A stretch of 64,000 nucleotides of DNA from the human T2T-CHM13v2.0 reference genome, Homo sapiens. The stretch lies in assembly GCF_009914755.1 (NCBI RefSeq), contig NC_060931.1, one strand, 5' to 3'. The notes beneath the pieces are model-generated. The model worked only from the letters and a program-made list of their open reading frames with translations, was not told the DNA's origin and did no database searches. The translations under genes and the position numbers were made by a program. Positions 39,853 through 55,148 of this stretch are shown here, one piece after another (positions within the stretch are counted from its first letter, which is position 1; each line of letters opens with the position of its first letter).

Positions 39853-40188
39853 CAGTCATGCATCGCTTAACAACAGGGACACATTCTGAGAAATGCGTCA
39901 TTAGGTGATTTTGTCATTGTGTATGTCTGTGTCATCATAGAGTGTATTTACACAAACCTAGATCTATAGCCTGCTACACATCTAGCTAGATGGTATAGCT
40001 TATTGCTCCTAGGCTATAAACCTGCACAGCATATTAATGTACTGAATACTATGGGCATTGTAACACAATGGTATTTGTGTATCTAAACATAGAAAAGGTA
40101 CAGTCAAAATACAGTATTATAATCTTATGGGACCATTGTCATATACGTGGTCCATCATTGACCAGCGTCATTATGTGGCACATGACTG
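39853..40188 (+). mobile_element. Tigger3-type (Golem/MER7) non-autonomous DNA transposon
   Basis: TIRs cagtcatgcatcgc...gtggcacatgactg|ta. Confidence 0.85.
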
Positions 40189-41715
40189 TACTCAGGCACT
40201 TTGCTGCCCTGGTCAATCATTTTAAGAATAAGCAATTTAATATGAACTAGAGTTGAGTAATTAACATAATGCTGTACGTCTTTAGGGTTCTACAAATTAG
40301 GAATAAGGTGAGAGAACTATCCATCCCATTCCAGACTTGTCAGAGGCTACCTGGTTCCCTGCCCAGGTAGCAGCCCTCTTCTCCCTTTAACTGAATTGAT
40401 TTCCTTTATCTAAGATTCTCAGTGCTCAGGGACCTAACCATCAGAAGGGTCAGCTTTCGTGATAATCTGGCTCTGATCTTACATCCTAGCTCTAGTAACT
40501 GAGTTTCTCCTGCCTGGTTCGGAGACAAAGTCCTTACTGTACTTATTTTTAATAAAGAGACATATTTGTCTTTATTACATCTAGGCCTCTTGGACTCTGG
40601 CTCTGCCTTACTCTTAGTCTTAATTTATAGGCTGCTGTTATATTCCACCTGGATCTCCAGAGAAGAGATGGGCCCAAATCCCATTCTTGCCTTCTATTAC
40701 TTATCAGGCTTAGTCCCCAAGGTGTATGTGCACTAGGAACATGCCAAGAAAATTCTCATTCTTCATTACTACCTAAAATTTAATGCAGAATCCCTTCTCT
40801 TCATGTGAATTGTTTTACTACTCCTCGATGGTTTGATGAAGTTACCTTGAACTGTGAGCAGGTACATTAAAAGATAAAAACTTTTGATTCTCTCCCTTTA
40901 ATTCTTATCACCAAAATCTCTACTTTCTGCCTCAGAGGCCCAATTGAGTGATCCTAAATATATCATTTTTATTCTTGGTTCATAACAGAGTCAGGGAAAG
41001 TTGTCCTTGAGCTTTCCTAAGGGGGAAAATGCAGGGCCACTGATACAAGTTAATTTTCCCCAATCCACCCTATTGCTAAAGATGACTCTTCCTGCACTCC
41101 TTGAAATTTTACCAATTAGAGAGAGAGTGGATGGGTAACTATCTTCCTTTGTACTTTGATCTAGGTTGGTTTGAGAAATCATGTTTAATGATTTAGTACC
41201 TGGATTTAATGGTTTAATACCTAGGTTAAGCATATTATGGCTTTGGATGAAAGATAATTGAGACAGTATTTTGGAATTTAAAACATTATAAAGGAAAGCA
41301 GGCTGCATCAGCCTTCCAAATAATGGTTTCAAGACTAGCAGTGTAAAGCAAGCAAGATGTTCATGGTCATATGTTATGCTGTGTGCCCTGCTCTCTCTTT
41401 AGGATAGCACTGATCCCCACAAAATCCTTATCAACATTTAATGAAAAGACAGTCTCCTAGAAGAATGAAACTGAAGAACATAGCTGCCTTACTAATTAAA
41501 CTTTGGCAGATTCGCACTTGGCCTCTGAATCATAATTTATTCTATATGAACTATTTACTGAATTGTTGTACCATTGCCCATATGAATTATTTTGTTATAG
41601 GAATTTTGTTTTTGTTATTGTAGCTATTTAAACAACATTAATTTAGATGAAACATGATTTTCTAAATATACTCCTATAAATCATTTTATAGCTAAACAAT
41701 AAAAACTACCCCCAT

Positions 41716-41793
41716 TTGCAGTGAGCCAAGCTTGTGCCACTGCACTCCAGCCTGGGCAACAGAGCAAGAATCCGTCTTGGAAAAAAAAAAAAA
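41716..41793 (+). mobile_element. Alu 3' fragment
   Basis: ttgcagtgagccaag...cctgggcaacagagcaaga + A-tail. Confidence 0.85.
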
Positions 41794-42142
41794 ACTAGGT
41801 TGGCAAAGATTCCAGAACATTAAATAATTAAAAACAGGTCTGGATTTCTTTCTATATGTAAAGACAAAATAGTAAATTGTAACCAGAGTCCTTCCTATTA
41901 TTATAGTACATCTATTCTCACTAGGCAATTTTAAAATACCAAGCTGTCTTCAGCAATAGTAATTCGGCGGGTTTGTGCTTAATATATTCATGAAGGGGTT
42001 TGATGGATTTGATAACCATAAGCAGCTGTTAACATTAAATTGCCATTTAATTTTTTTCAGTGACTTTCAAAGTTGTCAATATTAAACAGTAGTGTCTTAC
42101 AAATGACTAAGACCAATATGAGTATGATTAAATAAGATTTAT

Positions 42143-42456
<314 letters not shown>

Positions 42457-43374
42457 TCAAAATTCTCCCTTTTTCTATAGTGTCCAACTACTAGGCAAAA
42501 GAAAAACACACACATGCATATGCACATTTTTATAGGACTTTAAGTACTGTCTTGTATATCTGCTCACAATTTGCATGGCATATTACAATACTTAGAAATT
42601 ATTCCACCCCTACCCCCATTTCAACCCCATTTAATTTTTATACTTTTTCCCTATATTCATCCATCAAATCCATGTTTAATTTAATTTCATAATACTAAAC
42701 AATTTTTTACCCTCATCCCTAATAGCATAATTTTAAGATACTTTTATTGAAATAATTCAGATATCAACTCTTCCCCTTTCAGTTCTTCTTTGTTTAATGA
42801 CTACTTTAGTGTGGTTTTATGTACTGAAATTTGGTAAACAAAGAAAGTCAGCATTGTTGACATCTCCCAGTCTTTACAATTTGTGGGCTGCCACAGACAT
42901 GTCTATGGGACAAGAGATGACATCAAGAATTATGTAATTTATCATTGATGTGCTTTGCTGTCCTTCAGTCCATTTGTTCAACATTCTAAAGACACATTGC
43001 AGTGTAATGAGAAACTAGCTTCCTCCTTGTTTTAGTTCTTTGCTTTGACCCTAAAACCATGTTATCACTTCAAATATGATGCCTCCCCCAGGAACCCATA
43101 TATATGAGAAAAAAATCACAGACAATTCCAATTCCTCTCCAGCCAGCTTGCTTTATATTTCTATAAGCATTTGCTTTTACTTTTTAAATAGCTACCTTAT
43201 TTTTTTCAGAGGTAAAAAATTATTTTTATATTTTATGCAATGCTATGAAAACATACAATTTTTAAAATTTAGAAAAATTACCTAACTTGCTAGAGCACAG
43301 AGGACTTCCTGAAGTATCCCCAAATTATCTGCTTTCTTTTTATTGTAATTGACTGCTACACATTAGAAGGGGAT

Positions 43375-43740
43375 TTTCTTTCTTTTCCATTTCTCTCGCT
43401 TTCTTTCTTTATTTCTTTCTTTCTCTTTCTTTCTTTCTTTTCTTTCTCTCTCTCTCTCTCTTTTGGATCTTGCTCTGTTGCTCAGGCTGGAATACAGTCA
43501 TAAAATCACGGTTCACTGCAGCCTTTGCCTCCAGGCTCAAGGGAGCCTCCGACCTCAGCCTCCTGAGTAACTGGGACTACAGGCATGCATCACCATGCCC
43601 GGCTTTTTTTTTTTTTTTTTTTTTTTTTAAATAGAGACAGGTTTTCCCCATGTTGCCCAGGCTGGTCTCGAACTCCTAAGCTCAAGCAATCCGCCTACCT
43701 TAGCCTCCCAAAGTGTTGGGATTACTGGTGTTAACCACCA
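43375..43740 (-). mobile_element. AluJ-like, antisense, with (TTTC)/(TC) tail
   Basis: Reverse-complement Alu dimer. Confidence 0.88.
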
Positions 43741-43744
43741 GTAA

Positions 43745-44032
<288 letters not shown>

Positions 44033-44180
44033 TCATTTTCATATATCATTTCTTAACTTAAAAAATTAAAAGCTAATATTAAAAAACAATAAATTTGACA
44101 TATGAAGTACTGATAAGTCTTCAAATTTCATGCATTCAAATATATTCACATTCTTGATTTGTAATAATTAGAATCAGTAG

Positions 44181-44408
44181 CAGTGTTACCCAAAGTGTAG
44201 TCTACTGACAGGTGCCAATCCACAAACTATTTGTTACCAGTACATGAAAAGATGAGTATAGAAAGCCAGAATATTCAGAAATGTTTTATAACAACTTGAC
44301 ACAGTTTCAGCATTTCTTATTGTATTTTATAAATGTATCAGTCAGCATAGATTAGAAACTTAACAAAAAATAAATGGTCCTTCATCAAAGATAGCTTGAG
44401 AAGCACTG
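44181..44408 (-). mobile_element. hAT-Charlie (Charlie4-like) non-autonomous element
   Basis: TIR-like ends cagtgttacccaaa...ttgagaagcactg. Confidence 0.6.
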
Positions 44409-44999
44409 GTATAAATTACTAAAATCAACAGATACTAACAAAACTTAGTTAAGCTAATAGTTTTAAACTCTTTTCCTACTAAATTATGTTTTTAAAGTCA
44501 GAAACACAATGACTCTTATGACTATAAAATCAAATTGAATATAATAGAAAGAATTAATTGTCACTTTTTTTTACGCTATGATTAGTAATATAATTCCTAG
44601 ATACGAAAACAAAGTCTGCATCTTCTTCTCATATGTATCCCTAACACCAAGCACATTCATAAATTGTCAGTAAAAATGTATTCAATTAATGTCACAGTAA
44701 TGTAGATTGGTCATGATGACTAAGTAAATCAAATCTTTGCCATTCAGTTCAATCATAGAATGACTTCAAGTTCCATCTCTTCCTTGTGCCCTTTCCTCCC
44801 TTTTTTTGGCAATGTCTATGAGTGCTACATGAACAGAGAATGAAAATTAAGCTGCCAACTTTCTGCCTAGATCTTTGCATATACCTGGCATATGGTAGTT
44901 GTTAAGTAAGTGTTAAATGTATGATGAAGAAATGTTATCTAGCAGTACAAAAACTATAAGTGAAAGACAGATTATGAAAAAGGAAAATCTAAGATCTCT

Positions 45000-45940
45000 A
45001 CTGCATCAGTGATTGCCACAAAAATTAAGCATAACAAACTATCTTAAAATTCACTGATTTAAAAGAACAATAATTAATTTGTAGAGATCCATGGATTGGC
45101 CAAGGGTTAACTGATTCAGGCCAGGCTCAGCTAAGGCAACTCAGCTCTATTCCACATGACTCTTGTCTTGGGTATGTTCTTCTCATGGCAATAACAGAAG
45201 TACAAGAGAGCAGGCTCAATCATACGAGTACTTTCTAAGCCTTTAATTATATCACAACTACCAACATCTCACAGGCCAAAGCAAGACATAGGGTCAATTC
45301 CAGAGCCAAGGGATGGGGATACAACTTAACCATTTTGGGAAGGCACTGCAAAACTGCTGGAAAGGCTATGAGTCTATAATCCTATTTCTTGGTAGGAAGT
45401 GAAGAGTTGGAACAATAATCCAGTCTGTCACACTGCAGTAGGCAGGAAAATATGACAAAGATGTCCATATCCAAATTCCCAGAACCTGTGAATATGTGTT
45501 CTTACATAGCAAAAGGGACTTTGTAGAGATGATTAAATTAAGGCTTTTGAGAGAGGGAAACTATCCTGTATTATCCAGCTGGGCCCAATGTAATCTCAAG
45601 GGTCTTTATAAGATAGAGGAAGGAGGGTCAGAGTCAAAGAAAGAGATGTGATGACAGAGACATAGAGAGTGTTTATGATGCTATGCTGCTGGCTCTGAAG
45701 ATGGAGGAAGAGGCCACAAGCCAAGGAAGCCAGGTGGGCTTAAGAGCTAGAAAAGGCAAGAAAACAAATTATCCCCTGGAGCCTCCAGAAGGAATGCAGT
45801 CCTAATAACAACTTGATTTTAGCCCAGTGAAAAACATTTCGAACTTCTGATTTCCAGAATGATAAGATAATACGTTTGTGCTGTTTCAGTCCACTAGGTT
45901 TGTGGTAATTTGTTACAGCAGCAGTAGGAAACTAATGTAC
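45000..45940. mobile_element. Two adjacent MLT1-type MaLR LTRs (~45000-45432 and ~45433-45940, the latter MLT1D-like)
   Basis: Second copy: cccagaacctgtgaatatg...ggaatgcag...gtggtaatttgttacagcagcagtaggaaactaat. Confidence 0.7.
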
Positions 45941-47485
45941 ATATCTACAAAATCTATAAACTGTATAAGATTTCTAAATAATCAATAGACCCATCATATG
46001 TAATTACACTACCAAATAAACACCATTTTAGTTGATAGGACTATTTGTAGAAAATATATTAAGGTTTATGACTTTAGTTTGCTTATTAATGTATGTAACC
46101 ATTAAGCAGTTTCTTTATTCATCAAACATATATTCCATCAACAAAATTACTGAGACCATCAACCCTAAACTCCGGGCTTGACTAATGAATATAGCTTGAC
46201 AACCTCATATTTACAAAGGTAGTAACTATGATACTCCAGCCTTGATGAACTTCCCTGAGTTTCTTCATATCTTCAAATTCATGCTGATCTGCCTTCCAAT
46301 CTGCTTTTCAGAGATTACCATCCACTCACTAAACTTTTTAAAACCTAGTACTCATATTTATCCCCTCACTGAGACTTTGAGGTCAGAGGGCATTATTTCA
46401 TTTGTGGTTAGTCTAGAAATCTCTAAAGTTCTTCTTGATTGCCAAAATGGTTTCATTTTTTCCTTATCTATGCTTAGAGTAAAATTTCTGTAGATGTAAT
46501 TCTGAAACATTCCAAGCGAAAAAATATACTTTTTAAAACTGAACTGTACAGTGCTTGCTTGGGAAACTTTAAAAAATTATGTCATAGTTTTATAAAATGC
46601 ATAACAGCAAGCCAAGCTTCAGCCTTTGAGAAGCCTTAGCTTTTTAAAGAATACTCACGTTCATTCTGCCAAGTAGCTTTGAACTTTCATTGCAAATTAT
46701 TTTCAATTGTTTATTTTTAATAACAAGTGCCTTTGAATGCAGTACCTATATTGTGCTGATTCTCTGGAAAAATTCTACTTAAGAGTTACCATCTGTCCAG
46801 TAAATGAAAGTTGTCCGGTTTAATCATAGTAATTCCTATTATTGCATCACACACTTGTGGAACCATCTTTTATTATTTCTACTACTCATGAAGTCTCATC
46901 TATAGGAACTTAATACTGGAGTTTTTCAATACTACATTTTCTGATGTTGTGGGGATTTGCTGCCCTTATGTGATTGCTTTAAGTAGCAACAAGTCATAAA
47001 GCCATTACAAAACTCAGATTAAGCAGCTGTTCTTACTGACAAGTTCAGTAATTATTTGAAGACATGTAAATGAAGGTCTGCTCCTAAAATACATCTTCTG
47101 ATCAGCTTGAATCAGCTTGAATACATTTTTTTTTCTTATTGCTTTAACATCTTTTCCATTTGTGGAAACATATTCAATTGCTTCTTTTTACTGACACACA
47201 TGGTCATAAGACATGCAAAATATGAAGCATTTAATGTTTCTCTACAAATATTCAATCCTGTTTATTAAAACGGTATTGCCAACTTCCATAGCAATGGGCT
47301 CCATTTAAGTAGCTAAGTACAGTACTAATTTTCAAAATAGGAAATTTTGGTCAATTCTTGATGTAAATGCAAGTTATTTCAATAAAGTCAGTAAGCCATA
47401 ACCTCTTTTTTTCCAGTGGAACTACTCAATTAACATTGTACTTCTCATTGAGTTTTATGTATGAAAAATGAAAACTACAGACTAG

Positions 47486-47857
<372 letters not shown>

Positions 47858-47858
47858 G

Positions 47859-48167
47859 TTTTTTTTTTTTTTTTTTAGACAGGGTCTCACTCTGTCACCT
47901 GTGCAGTGTACAGTGGTGCCATCATGACTTACTGCAGCCTTGACCTCTTGGGCTCAAGCAATCTTCCCACCTCAGCCTCCCCAGTAGTTGGGACCACAGG
48001 TGCCCACCACCATACTTGTTTTTTTTTATTTTTTTATTTTTATTTTTTGTAGAAATGAGATCTCACTATGTTGCCCAGGCTGATCTCAAACTCCTGGATT
48101 CAAGTGATCCTCCCACCTGAGCCTCCCAAAGTGCTGGGATTTCAGGCATGAGCCACCACACCTGGCT
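47859..48167 (-). mobile_element. AluJ-like, antisense
   Basis: Reverse-complement Alu dimer in tandem with the preceding Alu. Confidence 0.9.
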
Positions 48168-48205
48168 AAGAAATATTTTTATTTAGAAAAATACTGCAAA
48201 AACTA

Positions 48206-48697
<492 letters not shown>

Positions 48698-49957
48698 CTA
48701 TAACCTTATTAAATATGGAGACCTATAATCTCAGCCATAGGGTCAGCTCTAAAAGTACAGAAAAGAGAGAATTACACAGGCAAGCACTGACATTGTTCAT
48801 CCAAGCACTATTTAAGAAGGAGTGACTGTTAGCCAGGAGCCTTTCCTTTGATGAAGAAAACAAGCTTGTTTATAAGCAGATGGGAATAACCCCATTGAGA
48901 AGAAGACATTTAAAATATTTAAGATATAGGAGAGAGAAGGGATAACCTATAGCACAGATTTCCTGAGAAGACAAGAAGTGCTGGGATCCAAAGCATAGGT
49001 GAAGATATTGACCTTGGGTAGGAAGAGAGATATTCCTTCTATTGTAACTTGAGGGAAGGAGACCAGGATAAGTATGGACATAGGTGGGTTTGGAGATTTG
49101 GTATTAAAAGTTGAGAGACCTCCCAACAGAAGGTTTCTATGTACTCTGAGAAGTAGGCCATGAGATTATCCACTAAGTGTTAAGGTCAAGGGAAAAAAGA
49201 AGGTAGGAAAGAGGGGAAAGTGGAGGTTTGATTTTTTTAAATGTTTAATAAAGATTAGCCTAGCAGTAGTAATGTCTTCCTCTTCAACTAGCTTGTGGCT
49301 AACAGTCAATTAATTTGACTCAAGAAATCAGAAATGGGATATTTTTATACCAATATAAATAAAGGCAAAAGTGCTGTTATGATGTCACACAATAAAATGA
49401 CTATTTATACACTATTTAAATGTCAATTTAGGCCCATTTGATCTAGAGTATAGTTTAACTCTGATGTTCCTTTGTTGATTTCCCAACTGGATAATCTGTT
49501 CATTACTGAGAGTGGGTTATTGAAGTCACCACTATAATTGTATAGCAGTCTATTCCTCCCTTTAGGTCTATTAATGTCTGCTTTATATACTTTGGTGTTT
49601 CTGTGTTGGGTGTTTCTGTGTTGGTTTATAATTGTTATAAAGTTGTAGTCTATTTTATCTAACTATAGCTACTCCTGCTTTTTTTGGTTCCCATTTGCAT
49701 GGACTATCTTTTTCCATCCTTTCATTTTTTAGTCTATGCGTGTCTTTATAGATGACGTGGGTCTCTTGTAGGCAGCATATAGTTGAGTCTTATTTCTTTA
49801 TCCATTCAGCCACTCTGTCTTTTAATCGGATAATTTAGTCCATTTACATAAATGTAATTATTGATAGATAATAGCTTACTAATACATTTTGTTACTTGTT
49901 TTCTGGTTGTTTTGTTAATGTCTCTCTTCCTTTCTTACTGTCTTTCTTAGTGGTTAA

Positions 49958-50407
<450 letters not shown>

Positions 50408-50981
50408 TAAACAAATGATAACTTATCTTTGATCACAGAGAAACCAACAAATAAAGGAAAAACTAATTAACTCCACACTTTAACTTCATTCCCCTGTGGA
50501 CACATTTTTACTTTTTGTTGTCTCTATTTATGTATTTTATATTGTCTCTCTCTTAACAGGTTACTGTAGCTAGTATTATTTTTGATAGATTTGTTATTTA
50601 GTCTTCATACCACATTTACGAGTGGATTGCATACCACAATTATAGTGTTAGAGTATTCTGAGTTTGTCTGTGTACTTTCTTTTACCAGTGGGTTTTATAC
50701 CTTCAAATGTTTTCTTTTTGCATATTAATTTTTTCTTTCATATTAAAGAACTCCCTTTATTAGCATTTCATGTAAGATGGGTCTGGGATGATAAGTTCCC
50801 TCAGCTTTTGTTTGTCTGGGAAAGGCTTTATTTCTCTTTTATGTTTGAAGGATAGCTTTGCTGGGTACAAAATTCTTACATGGCATGTTTTTTTCTTTCA
50901 GCACTTTGAATATGTTGTCTCACTCCCTCCTGGCCTGTATAGTTTCTGTTAAGAAGTCTGTTACCAGATGAATTGGAACTA

Positions 50982-51333
50982 CAGTATTAGTCCATTTTCA
51001 CACTGCTGATAAAGACATACAAGAGACTAAGAAGAAAAAGAGGTTTAATTGGACTTACAGTTCCACATAGCTGGGGAGGCCTCATGGCAGGAGGCGAAAG
51101 GCCCTTCTTACATTATGGTGGCAAGAGAAAAATTGAGGAAGATGCAAAAGCGGAAACCCCTGATAAAACCATCAGATCTCATGAGACGTATTCACTACCA
51201 TGAGAACAGTATGGGGGAAACCACCCCCATGATTCAAATTATCTCCCACCGGGTCCCTCCCATAACATGTGGAAATTATGGGAGTACAATTCAAGATGAG
51301 ATTTGGGTAGGGCCACAGAGCCAAACCTTATCA
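50982..51333 (+). mobile_element. THE1C/D-type MaLR solo LTR
   Basis: gtattagtccattttcacactgctgataaagacata...cagagccaaaccttatca; near-matching 5-bp TSD actac/gctac. Confidence 0.88.
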
Positions 51334-52774
51334 GCTACTTTATATGTTATTTGCTTCTTTTCTCTGCTTTTAGGATCCTCTCTTTGTCCATGATCTTTGA
51401 GAATTTGATTATTAATTGCCTTGGGGTAATTTTGAGTTTTATCTGGTTGGTGATCTCTGACCTTCCTATACCTGTATATTTATCTTTCCCAAGTTTGGGG
51501 AAGTTTCCTGTTATTTCTTTAAATAAGCTTTCTACCCCTTGCTCTTGCACAACTCCCTCCTGAATACCAGTAATTCTTAGATTTGCTCTATTGGGGTAAT
51601 TTTATATATCTTATAGGCATTCTTCATTCCTTTTCATACTTTTTTCTCCTGTGGCTGTGTATTTTCCAATAGCCTGTCTTTGAGCTTATTAATTCTTTCC
51701 TCTGGTTGATCCATTCTGCTGGATGAAGAGATCCAAGAGAGCCTCAAATGAATTTTTCAGTTCAGCAAATATATTTTTTCAGTTCTAGGATTTGTTTCCT
51801 TTTTTATCATTTCAATCTCTTTGCTAAATTTCTCTGATAAATTTCTTAGTTGCTTTTCTGTGTTATTTTGGAGATCACTGAGTTTCCTTAAAACTGCTAT
51901 TTTGAATTCTTGATCAGAGAGCTCACCTATCTCTGTCTTGTTAGGGGTGATCACTGGCTCCTTGTTTTGTCCATTAGGAGAGGTCCTGGTTCTCTGCTTG
52001 CTATTGTTTCTTGTGGATGTGCATCCACGTCTTCACACTGAAGAATTAGTTATCTATTCTAGTCTTCTCTGTCTGGCTTGTTTTGGTTTTTATTGAGTAT
52101 GTTTGCTTAGAGAATTCTTTGTAATATACCTGTTGAATACTTTTTTTGCTGCAACACTTCCTCCTTTTTGGCAGTATATGGCTCTTAAGCCCAGGTTTGC
52201 CTTGGCTCAAGCAAACTTTGAAGCAGCGCCCTTCACAGATGGGGGAGTCTCAAAGGGGATATCCTTGCAGTATGGAAAAACTGCCCAGTGGTTAATGCCT
52301 AGGTGATCCATGAAACATACCTCTTAGTGCTGCTGAACAGCCACTCTGATTTGATGTCTCTTTTGGCCAAGATACAGAGTAGAGTTCCCCAGTCCGTGGA
52401 TGCTAGTCCCACCTCCTGCCTTTGTCTCCGACTGTCCTCATGAATTTCACCCGCCCCCATCCCGCCCCGCCACCCCCGGCCCCCAGGCACTTGCAATGCT
52501 TTCCATGGATTGAAGCAGGTACAGGGAACCCAAGATGGTGGGAAAGCTGGTTGTCCACCTTGATCTAACGTTTTCCAGTGTAGTAACCATGAGTTGAGGG
52601 AAATTTTCCATATGCTTGGTGCCTGGCAAATCGAGGGAAGGGCATCATGGATATAAAAGTCAAATTCTCTTAGTGTCTACATGGAGTTCTTCACTTCTGT
52701 GTGGCCCCAGGAACTGTCTCATCTTTATATTTCAGTTCTGGAATATGGATGGTAATAATCTCAGTGCTATATGT

Positions 52775-53120
<346 letters not shown>

Positions 53121-53469
53121 TGAAGTCACCTTGCTTCTGCTCACCATTTTAGTGAAGTGACATCACCTACTCACGCTCTCTTGAGGACAACTTGCACTAA
53201 TTTGTATCTATTACAATACATATATTTATTTTATTTCATTATAGAATGGTAAAAACAAGTAGTACAATTGGGATAAGAACTCAGGCCTCACTTTGCATTT
53301 TAACTGTATTGTAAAATATGTTTTTTTACTTACTATGATGTTTATTTTTGTTTTGCTTTTTATCTATGTTGTCCACAAAAAAAGACACAAGGCATTTTAA
53401 ATCAGATTTTAAATAAGTAGTGGTTCGTTCCCAAAGTGGACTCAATGAGCCTTAAATTTGGTGTATTTA

Positions 53470-53767
<298 letters not shown>

Positions 53768-54319
53768 GAGGGCTCTCAAGCTGCCAGGGCTCTCACCTCC
53801 ACTTATATCTCTGGCCAGAAGCTAGCTACATGGCAACACTAGCTCAAAGGGGTCTGGGAGGTATTTATCTGTATGGTCCCATGCCCAGCTAAAAATTCTA
53901 TTTGTCTGGAAGAAGATCTTAGGGAATGACAAGAAGTCTGCCATAGATGTTTAATATGTTTCTTCTTCCTGGATAACAGCAGAACATAAACAGAGCTATG
54001 CCAAGACTAAGCTCTAAAATCCTACAATAGTTATTTAAGATAAAAAGAAAACTTTCAGGGAATAGCTCTACCTTCTGTTTGCCACATGCTACTTGCACCT
54101 TGTTAATAGCTTGTATGTTACAAAGTCTATTCCTTTGTTTCTCTGTTTAGCTTGATGAAAACTTTCTTCACAGATTTAATTGTGGCATTTTCTGAATTGA
54201 GATTAGCAATCTGTTTCAAGCTCCATATAAAGGGAAAAATTAATTTACATCTGTTTTTTCATCTATGCTAAGAGTCTCAGAAGTGAGTTTGCAATATTAG
54301 AAAAACCAAAAAGTAATTG

Positions 54320-54760
54320 TCGTAAGAGAGAAATGTAATAGTTTTTCCTCACTGACTGCAAGGCTCCTGGCTGAGACCCCTACAACAAAAGACAGATTAA
54401 AAAGAGAAAAGCATATAAATGTATTTAACTTTTACATCAATTACACAAGAGCCTTCAGAAATGAACACCCAGGCTGGGTGGTGTGGCTCAGGCCTGTAAT
54501 CTCAGCACTTTGGGAAGCTGAGGCGGGTGGATCACTTGAGGCCAGAAGTTCAAGACCAGCCTGGCCAACATGGTGAAACCCCATCTCTACAAAAAATACA
54601 AAAAAAAAAATTTAGCCAGGTGTGGTGACATGCATCTGTAGTCCCAGCTACTTGGGAGGCTGAGGCAGAGAACTGCTTAAACCCAGGAGGAAGAGGTTGC
54701 AGTAAGCTGAGATTGTGCCACTGCACTCCAGCCTGGGCAAAAGAGTGAGGCTCTGCCTCA

Positions 54761-54793
<33 letters not shown>

Positions 54794-55148
54794 AAACACC
54801 CAAAGAAATCGGGAAATCTGTGTAATTTTATGGACTGTTGGGCAGAGGTATGATTGGAGGACGAAAGGGACAAAAGGGTATGGTAATAAACTGGGGGGAA
54901 CTTAGCAAAGCCTGTATATTCAGATTCTTTTCTTCTCTGTATAGCTTTATTCCTTTCCTCTGGATATATGGAAGACCCTTTTGGAATGAGGGTCTTATGG
55001 TCTGCTTTAGAGGAAGTTCAGATAATTTATTTTATGGCCTGCTTCAAGGAAGAAAGATGAGAGACAGTCAAAGAGGCCTTCCTGCTTCAGCTGTTTTCTC
55101 AAATGCCAAGGTGCCATATTTTGGGGTAGTGTGTTCTGAACCCTGTCA
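54320..55148 (-). mobile_element. ERV1 solo LTR (MER34/MER39-like) with an AluS inserted at ~54472-54797
   Basis: Minus strand begins tgacagggttcagaacacactaccccaaaatatggcacc, typical of the MER34/39 group. Confidence 0.65.

Noticed and set aside
40991-41332. 113-aa minus-strand ORF
   Set aside because: Non-ATG start, no recognisable domain or splice context; consistent with chance.
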